In this document: positions 39,630 to 45,661 of the stretch, piece by piece
Position numbering within the stretch: the stretch's first letter is position 1
Layout: each line of letters opens with the position of its first letter
Source: Parcubacteria group bacterium
GTDB taxonomy: Bacteria > Patescibacteriota > Minisyncoccia > Moranbacterales > UBA2206
Assembly (NCBI GenBank): GCA_041662285.1
Contig: JBAZSS010000003.1
Span: 1-45,661, forward strand
DNA: 45,661 nt
Reading direction: 5' to 3'
Made by a program: the position numbers and the translations under genes
Notes under the pieces: generated by a model
Database searches by the model: none
What the model was told of the DNA's origin: nothing
Seen by the model: the letters and a program-made list of their open reading frames with translations, nothing else

Positions 39630-41095
39630 AAATAAAAATCTAATAATAATAAATTGAATAAATTATGCATAAAAAGAATAAACATCAAAACTAGTCCGGA
39701 AGATAAAATAAAATCAAAATAGTTTTCTTTTTTTAATGTTTTAGAAATCATACCTAGGTCGATAAAAACCAGTGTAATATGGAGGGCGATATTGGGGAAG
39801 AAATATCTCCCTGGAGTTTGTAATTCTAATTTTCCATTTTGAACGAAATATTGCCAATCAGCCAGACGGATACCAGCTTGAAGAGCGAGAATCATCAAAA
39901 TAAAGAAAATAACATATTTTTTTTCCGGCAAAAACTCGGGCTTCTTTTTTGAGAAAATAAAAAGAAATAGGCCGATGATTGAAATGAATTGAATAAGCCA
40001 GATGATGTTGATGAGGTTATCAGAAATCCAATTGCCAAAAGGCAATGTTCCCCAATAAGTCTTTGATGACAAAAGTATAAGCCCAAAATCAGCGTTTTTC
40101 ATAAAATAACGGAAAAAACTTCCGGCGATTTCATTGAAATTTCCAATCAATGGTAAATATCTTTCAAGAGTTACTGTTATGATAAAAAAAGAAATAGCTA
40201 GAAAAAAATATAACCAATAGACAGCCCTGACGTTAGTTTTCTTGGATAACTTCTTATATGTAAGAAAAGAAATTAGAAAAACAAAGACAGCTAGGAGTAT
40301 GTAGGCAGTTCCCTTGACCCAAATCCCAAAGAAGATAGACGCTATCATCAGAGTTAAGTTTTTCCAATTGATTCCGTTTTTGAGAGAAAGAATTGCTCCC
40401 AAAACAAAAGTAGCAAAAAATAAAATCAATAGGCAATCGTAATTTATATAAGTGTAATAAAAAGAAAAGTGAGGCTGGAAAGAAATGATGGCAGTAAGAA
40501 TCAGGTTGTGTTTTTTTGAAAAACCGATATTTCTTAAGATTAAATAGAAAATGAGAATAGTTATTGTTCCAAATAGAACTGAAAAGATTCGAAGAGTATA
40601 AAATCTGGTCAAGATACTTTTTTCACTAAGTAATTTTTCAATTATGGCGCCAAGCTTATGATACAAGCTTTTTCCTGAAGAAGCTATATTCACTGGATAT
40701 TCATCATTGTATTGTTTCCATGGTCGGCTGTTGATTTCTTTTTCATTTTGACCATAGGATCCTTGAATAAAAAGATTATTTTCATATAGATTACATTTGT
40801 CTTCTCCGCCGACGCAACGGATTTTTTCAGCCGTTTTTTTTATCTCTTCGCTATAGTTGAAACGTTGAACTAAATCACCCTCATTAGTTTTGCCTTTTTC
40901 AATTGTTGGCCAATTTTTTTCTTTTGATTCGGCTAGGTATTGAATAGTGTTATAGTGCCGAGCTTCGTCGTAGCCGTTAAAAATTGGGATAACGGTGAGA
41001 AGCGCTAGTCCCTTTAAAAAGAAAATGGCCAAGATTAGGAATAATAGGAAGTGTGATTTTTTGCAAAAATCCTTAAATTGTTGAAAGTTTTTCAT
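39626..41095 (-). CDS. Polytopic membrane protein, DUF2142/GT-C-like
   Basis: A first periplasmic loop with YDEARHY (DE..H-type motif) and more than 10 TM helices. I prefer the ATG at 41095 (GGAGG upstream). The track start at 41131 is a TTG. Confidence 0.55.
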   Translation of the reverse strand: MKNFQQFKDFCKKSHFLLFLILAIFFLKGLALLTVIPIFNGYDEARHYNTIQYLAESKEKNWPTIEKGKTNEGDLVQRFNYSEEIKKTAEKIRCVGGEDKCNLYENNLFIQGSYGQNEKEINSRPWKQYNDEYPVNIASSGKSLYHKLGAIIEKLLSEKSILTRFYTLRIFSVLFGTITILIFYLILRNIGFSKKHNLILTAIISFQPHFSFYYTYINYDCLLILFFATFVLGAILSLKNGINWKNLTLMIASIFFGIWVKGTAYILLAVFVFLISFLTYKKLSKKTNVRAVYWLYFFLAISFFIITVTLERYLPLIGNFNEIAGSFFRYFMKNADFGLILLSSKTYWGTLPFGNWISDNLINIIWLIQFISIIGLFLFIFSKKKPEFLPEKKYVIFFILMILALQAGIRLADWQYFVQNGKLELQTPGRYFFPNIALHITLVFIDLGMISKTLKKENYFDFILSSGLVLMFILFMHNLFNLLLLDFYL

Positions 41096-41124
41096 ATGTT
41101 CTATTATAACCTCCAAAATCAGTT

Positions 41125-41153
41125 TTGCCAATATTTAATATTTGAGTTAGAAT
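41125..41153 (+). promoter_or_regulatory. Promoter TTGCCA-17 nt-TAGAAT
   Basis: The -35 is at 41125-41130 and the -10 at 41148-41153, in the divergent spacer upstream of the DUF4012 gene. Confidence 0.5.
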
Positions 41154-41233
41154 TAAGCAGTAGGGGAAAGCAAGTATTGTAAAATACTTTTTGTTTTTGC
41201 CGGCAAATTAATTTAATAATAAACAAAAAATAA

Positions 41234-42625
41234 ATGAAAAAATTTTTCACTAGAAGAAGGATGATTTTAATTGGGATTGCTCTGGTTCTTCTGGCAGGCG
41301 GAGTATATTTATTCAATTTTTCTAAAATAAATAAAAGAGACCTTGCTATAAAATCATTAGCGGTGATTACCAAATTTTCCGGCCTTTTGCCAATTCCTGA
41401 CGATGAAAAAAAAGAGCTGGATGTGATAAATAAGCTGGTAGAATATTTCACCAAAAAAGATGGCGTGACGCGGACTTTTATGTTGATGCTTCAAAATAAT
41501 ATGGAGCTCCGTCCAGGGGGAGGATTTTTGGGTCAGTATGCGATTTTGAAGGTCAAGGACGGCGAAGTGGTTTCTACTTTCTTTGAAGATGCTAATCTTT
41601 TGGATCAAAGAATTGATGCTAAAATTGTGCCACCATATCCTTTCACTCGAATGATGGATATAAAGAAGTGGAAATTTCGCGATTCAAATTTCTCACCGGA
41701 TTTTCCAACTAATGTTGAAAAAGCCAAATATTTCTATCGCCTAGCGGGAAGAAGTTCTGATTTCGATGGAGTAATCGCGGTTAATGCTGAAGTTTTCAAT
41801 GATGTTTTGGAACTAACTGGTCCGATCACTGTTCCAGGATACGGCGTCACATTTAACAGCACGGATGGAGCTTTGAAATTGGAAGAATATGTGGAAAAAC
41901 GCTATATTATGAATCCAGAAATAGACACGCAAAACAGAAAGGAAATTATGAAAAAGATGGCACCGATGATGATTGAAAAATTATTTAGCTTAGGAAATAT
42001 CACTAAGATTGCCGAACTTGGACACAAAGAATTGCAAAATAGAAATGTGATGATAAATTTCAAAGACCCATATCTTCAAGGTCTTGTGGAAAGTGTTTAT
42101 TGGGACGGAAAGGTAGCTAAGGGCTGGAATTCTGATTATTTGATGATGGTGGATGCTAATATGGGCGCTCTAAAAACTGATCACTATATCAAACGAGATG
42201 TTTCATATGACGTTGATTTGACACTCGAAAAACCGACCGTGACACTTAATATCATTTATAAAAACACCGCTACCTATGGCGATTGGCGTACTTCAGACTA
42301 TCATTCATATCTGCGCGTCTATGTTCCGAAAGGTTCAACTTTCCTAGAAAGCAAAATGGTGAGTTTGGCGAATAAAGGTGAAGATTTTGAAAAAACATAT
42401 TTCGGTTTTATCTGTCATGTATTAATCGGCAGGGAAACAAATGCGATAATAAAATATGAACTGCCAGCTGGTTTTGGCATTGATGATTACCGCTTGCTGA
42501 TCCAAAAGCAATCCGGAGTAGGGAATATTCCTTTCAAAGTTCATCTAAAAACTAAGGACGGAGAATATAATCAAGAGCAAATATTGGACAAAGATTTGAA
42601 ATTTGAATTTCAAAAGGGGGATTAG
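41234..42625 (+). CDS. DUF4012 domain protein (N-terminally anchored, extracytoplasmic)
   Basis: MLQNNMELRPGGGFLGQYAILKV matches the DUF4012 core motif. Confidence 0.8.
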   Translation: MKKFFTRRRMILIGIALVLLAGGVYLFNFSKINKRDLAIKSLAVITKFSGLLPIPDDEKKELDVINKLVEYFTKKDGVTRTFMLMLQNNMELRPGGGFLGQYAILKVKDGEVVSTFFEDANLLDQRIDAKIVPPYPFTRMMDIKKWKFRDSNFSPDFPTNVEKAKYFYRLAGRSSDFDGVIAVNAEVFNDVLELTGPITVPGYGVTFNSTDGALKLEEYVEKRYIMNPEIDTQNRKEIMKKMAPMMIEKLFSLGNITKIAELGHKELQNRNVMINFKDPYLQGLVESVYWDGKVAKGWNSDYLMMVDANMGALKTDHYIKRDVSYDVDLTLEKPTVTLNIIYKNTATYGDWRTSDYHSYLRVYVPKGSTFLESKMVSLANKGEDFEKTYFGFICHVLIGRETNAIIKYELPAGFGIDDYRLLIQKQSGVGNIPFKVHLKTKDGEYNQEQILDKDLKFEFQKGD

Positions 42626-42633
42626 TTGGGAAT

Positions 42634-43824
42634 ATGAAATCTTTTTTGATAAAATTGAATAAAGCTCGCCGGATGATTCAGAAAAGTGGATTTAGAATTG
42701 GCGGAAAAATAGTTTTGGGATATGTCAAAGATTATGCCAAATCTTTTTTCGTGAATTCAGGAGAAATCTTATTCATCACAGGAGGAATAGGCGACAAAGC
42801 TCATTTTCGAGCTTTTGGCGTAGCGGAAGAATTAATGATCCATGATTTCAAATGTGCCGTGACCGTGGCGGATAATTTTAATTTGCCAAAAATTGCCAAG
42901 AAGTTTAAGATTTTTGTTTTGCATAAAGTGGCTTATAACGAAAAAATAGCTAAATTAATTTCCGAGATAAAAAAACAAAACAAAGAAATTATTTTTGACA
43001 CGGATGATTTGGATTACGATCCGCAATATTTGAAATATATGGACTATTTTTCACTTATTTCGGACTCGGAAAAAAAAGAATATGAAAAAGGAATTGGCGC
43101 AGAAATTATAAATGACGAATATGTTAAGGTATGCACCACTACTGTTTCATATTTAGCGCAGAAAATTAGAGAAAAGAATAAAAAAGTTTTTATAGTGCCG
43201 AATAAAATTTCCAATAATGAATTGGAAATTGCTGATAAAATATTATCAGAAAGAAAAAAACAGGATGGATTTTTGCGGATAGGATATTTTTCTGGAACTT
43301 ATTCGCATAATAGGGATTTTGCCACAATAAATGATGCGCTTTTAGAAATTTTAGAAAAAAATAAAAATGTCAAATTGCTTTTAGCAGGACCGCTAGATAT
43401 CGAAAATAAACTTAATAGATTCAAAGATCGCATTGAAATTTTGCCGAGAGTGCCACGAGAAGAATATTACAATAATATTTTTAAATGTGATATTAACATA
43501 GTGCCTTTAGAAATTGGTAATCCTTTTTGTGAATCAAGATCGGAACTCAAATTTTTTGAAGCGGGAATTCTTGAAATTCCGACTGTGGCGGTGAGAAATC
43601 AAACTTTTAGCGAAGCAATTTCTGATGGCGTGGATGGATTTTTAGCGGATAAAACTTCCGAGTGGGTGGAAAAAATAAGCCGACTGGTTGAAGATGAAAA
43701 ATTAAGACAAGATATGGGAAAGAAAGCGCGAAAAAAAGTCTTACTTGATTATACTAATAAAAACAGTCATAACGAAGAATATTATAATTATTTAAAATCA
43801 TGTATCATGAAACATGAAGCATGA
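42634..43824 (+). CDS. Glycosyltransferase, GT-B fold (group 1-like)
   Basis: C-terminal half with the ...E.SR.ELKFFEAG.LEIPTVA pattern. The last 7 codons run into the heptamer array. Confidence 0.7.
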   Translation: MKSFLIKLNKARRMIQKSGFRIGGKIVLGYVKDYAKSFFVNSGEILFITGGIGDKAHFRAFGVAEELMIHDFKCAVTVADNFNLPKIAKKFKIFVLHKVAYNEKIAKLISEIKKQNKEIIFDTDDLDYDPQYLKYMDYFSLISDSEKKEYEKGIGAEIINDEYVKVCTTTVSYLAQKIREKNKKVFIVPNKISNNELEIADKILSERKKQDGFLRIGYFSGTYSHNRDFATINDALLEILEKNKNVKLLLAGPLDIENKLNRFKDRIEILPRVPREEYYNNIFKCDINIVPLEIGNPFCESRSELKFFEAGILEIPTVAVRNQTFSEAISDGVDGFLADKTSEWVEKISRLVEDEKLRQDMGKKARKKVLLDYTNKNSHNEEYYNYLKSCIMKHEA

Positions 43825-43845
43825 AACATGAAACAATAAAACATA
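43797..43845. repeat. Tandem heptamer array (NNCATGA)x5 plus 2 degenerate units, spanning a stop/start junction
   Basis: ATCATGT ATCATGA AACATGA AGCATGA AACATGA AACAATA AAACATA. The TGA stop of the glycosyltransferase is at 43822-43824 and the next ATG at 43845. Confidence 0.85.
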
Positions 43846-44801
43846 TGACAAAAGTTCTAATCACGGGAGGGGCGGGGTTCATCGGTAGTGCTATTGCCAA
43901 AAAGTTAATGGACAGGGGAGACCAAGTAGTTTTGATTGATAATTTTAATGATTATTATGATCCAAGCTTAAAAGAGGCGAGAATAAAAATTTTTTTGAAA
44001 GGCTACAAATTTAAACTCTACCGCGGAGATATTCGTGATGAGAAATTAACTGAGAAAATTTTCAAGAACGAAAAAATTGACAAAGTGATTCACTTGGCTG
44101 CGATGGCGGGAGTGCGTTATGCCATTGAGCACCCGCTTCTTTATGCCGATGTCAACATTCTTGGCACAACTAATTTGTTGAATTTGAGTGCGAAATATAA
44201 AATCAAAAATTTCATCTATGCTTCATCATCTTCGGTTTATGGCAACAATAAAAAACAACCTTTTTCAGAAACCGACAATGTGGACACGCCAATTTCACCC
44301 TACGCTGCTTCCAAAAAAGCCACAGAACTGATGGCACATGTCTTTTCTCATATCTATGGTCTAAAAACTACCGGACTGCGATTTTTCACAGTTTATGGTC
44401 CGTGGGGACGACCGGATATGGCACTTTTCAAATTTACAAAAAACACTCTAGCTGGCAAACCAATCGAAGTATATAATCGTGGAAAAATGTCACGAAATTT
44501 CACCTATATTGATGATATCGTTTCCGGCACCATCACAGTCCTAGATGCTAATCTAGATTATGGTGTGATGAACATCGGCGGAGACCGCGAAGAAAAACTT
44601 TTGCGTTACATTGAGGTTTTGGAAGATTGTCTTGGAAAAAAAGCTAAGAAAAAACTACTTCCAATGCAACCAGGAGATGTCCCAGCGACCGTCGCTGACA
44701 TCAAAAAACTTCGCAAACTTGGCTGGGCGCCATCAACTCGAATCGAAGAAGGAATCGCTAATTTTGTGGCTTGGTATAAGGAGTATTATAAGGTGAAATA
44801 A
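43845..44801 (+). CDS. NAD-dependent sugar-nucleotide epimerase (UDP-glucuronate 4-epimerase-like SDR)
   Basis: [12 protein letters not shown] and SPYAASKKA (YxxxK). I prefer the ATG at 43845. The track start at 43821 lies inside the repeat. Confidence 0.88.
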   Translation: MTKVLITGGAGFIGSAIAKKLMDRGDQVVLIDNFNDYYDPSLKEARIKIFLKGYKFKLYRGDIRDEKLTEKIFKNEKIDKVIHLAAMAGVRYAIEHPLLYADVNILGTTNLLNLSAKYKIKNFIYASSSSVYGNNKKQPFSETDNVDTPISPYAASKKATELMAHVFSHIYGLKTTGLRFFTVYGPWGRPDMALFKFTKNTLAGKPIEVYNRGKMSRNFTYIDDIVSGTITVLDANLDYGVMNIGGDREEKLLRYIEVLEDCLGKKAKKKLLPMQPGDVPATVADIKKLRKLGWAPSTRIEEGIANFVAWYKEYYKVK

Positions 44802-44821
44802 TAATTAATTTATTTAATAAA

Positions 44822-45661
44822 ATGGAAACGAAAAAAAATATCAGACTCATCACTTCCGAATCAGTGACGGAAGGTCATCCGGATAAGGTTTGTGACCGCA
44901 TTTCGGACGGGATCTTGGATGAAATGCTCAAGCAAGACAAGGACAGTCATGCGGGGATTGAATGCTTTTGCACTACGGGATTAGTTTTGGTGGGTGGAGA
45001 AGCGAGAACGAAGGCTTATGTTAATATTGACCAAGTGGTACGAGAAGTGCTTCATGACATTGGTTATGACAAACCGGAATATGGTTTTTCTGCGGATGAT
45101 GTGGGAGTAGTTATCACGCTTCATGAACAAAGTCCCGACATTGCGCAGGGCGTGGATGAAGAAGCGGGGGAATATAAGGAACAGGGCGCAGGAGACCAAG
45201 GCTTGATGATTGGGTATGCCACGGATGAAACTCCGGAACTCATGCCTTTGCCAATTCTTTTGGCGCATAAACTCACCAAGCGTCTCACGCAAGTTAGAAA
45301 AGAAGGAATTTTGCCCTATCTTCGACCAGACGGCAAAAGCCAGGTGACGATTGAATATGAAAATGGCATTGCCAAGCGAGTGGAAACGGTGGTGATCTCA
45401 GCTCATCACAGCGACAAAGTAAGTTTGAAAAAACTGCGAGCGGATATTCGAGAAAAAGTCATCGAACCAGTTTTGGAAAATTTGCTCGACAAGAAAACTA
45501 AAATTTTCATCAACCCAACCGGAAGATTTGTGATTGGTGGGCCTCCTGGTGACGCTGGGCTTACGGGACGAAAAATTATCGTGGATACTTATGGCGGAGT
45601 GGCTCCGCACGGCGGAGGAGCATTTTCTGGCAAAGATCCTTCGAAAGTTGATCGTAGTGGT
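44822..45661 (+). CDS. metK: S-adenosylmethionine synthase, N-terminal 280 aa (3' end outside the window; absent from the ORF track because no stop is reached)
   Basis: My own translation from the ATG at 44822 gives [52 protein letters not shown] and [17 protein letters not shown]. Confidence 0.95.
   Translation, partial: METKKNIRLITSESVTEGHPDKVCDRISDGILDEMLKQDKDSHAGIECFCTTGLVLVGGEARTKAYVNIDQVVREVLHDIGYDKPEYGFSADDVGVVITLHEQSPDIAQGVDEEAGEYKEQGAGDQGLMIGYATDETPELMPLPILLAHKLTKRLTQVRKEGILPYLRPDGKSQVTIEYENGIAKRVETVVISAHHSDKVSLKKLRADIREKVIEPVLENLLDKKTKIFINPTGRFVIGGPPGDAGLTGRKIIVDTYGGVAPHGGGAFSGKDPSKVDRSG

Noticed and set aside
3361-43845. Whether the short repeats form a CRISPR array
   Set aside because: The units are 7-19 nt and are tandem or inverted, with no unique spacers of 25-40 nt. 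They are scattered singly in spacers, and no cas genes are present apart from a lone Cas4-like nuclease.
1-45661. Alternative genetic code (UGA recoded as Gly, as in some candidate phyla)
   Set aside because: Several conserved genes end at TGA exactly where homologues end (for example 3209, 30112, 35392, 43824). No conserved protein needs read-through of an in-frame TGA.

Overview
AT-rich, tightly packed bacterial chromosome segment that uses the standard genetic code (TGA is a stop). The gene content looks like a small-genome Patescibacteria/CPR-type organism: DUF4012, DUF192 and DUF3795 proteins, a shortened MurF, many orphan membrane proteins, and no lipid or nucleotide biosynthesis genes. 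This taxonomic call is inference only. About 45 CDS are supported. They include typA (5' truncated), a short dcw block (mraZ-rsmH-ftsL-ftsI-murF), engB, a 1073-aa secreted LCAT-like protein, and a type II R-M pair whose methyltransferase closely resembles M.HaeIII from memory. Next to the R-M pair sit an acidic protein, a Cas4-like nuclease, a membrane sensor and a GIY-YIG gene. Further genes are rmuC, prfA-prmC, rfbD-glyA-rfbA-galU, and a large envelope glycosylation cluster (GT1/GT2/GT4, two putative GT-C membrane proteins, DUF4012). metK is open at the 3' edge and is missing from the ORF track. I recognised no rRNA, tRNA, CRISPR array, transposase or integrase. The most unusual signal is at the nucleotide level. 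Two families of short repeats with a roughly 7-nt period (TACGAAT/ATTCGTA palindromes, and CATTGNT / ATTGYTCG / NNCATGA arrays) fill the spacers directly in front of start codons that lack a Shine-Dalgarno. They also occur in frame inside prmC and rfbD. Other points worth a second look are a duplicated leaderless promoter cassette, a putative MraZ operator, an unannotated 31-aa lysine-rich ORF, an AT-rich divergent spacer bracketed by a 20-bp perfect inverted repeat with a consensus DnaA box, and the uncharacterised gene pair beside the R-M system. All homology calls come from motif recognition by eye and need database confirmation.
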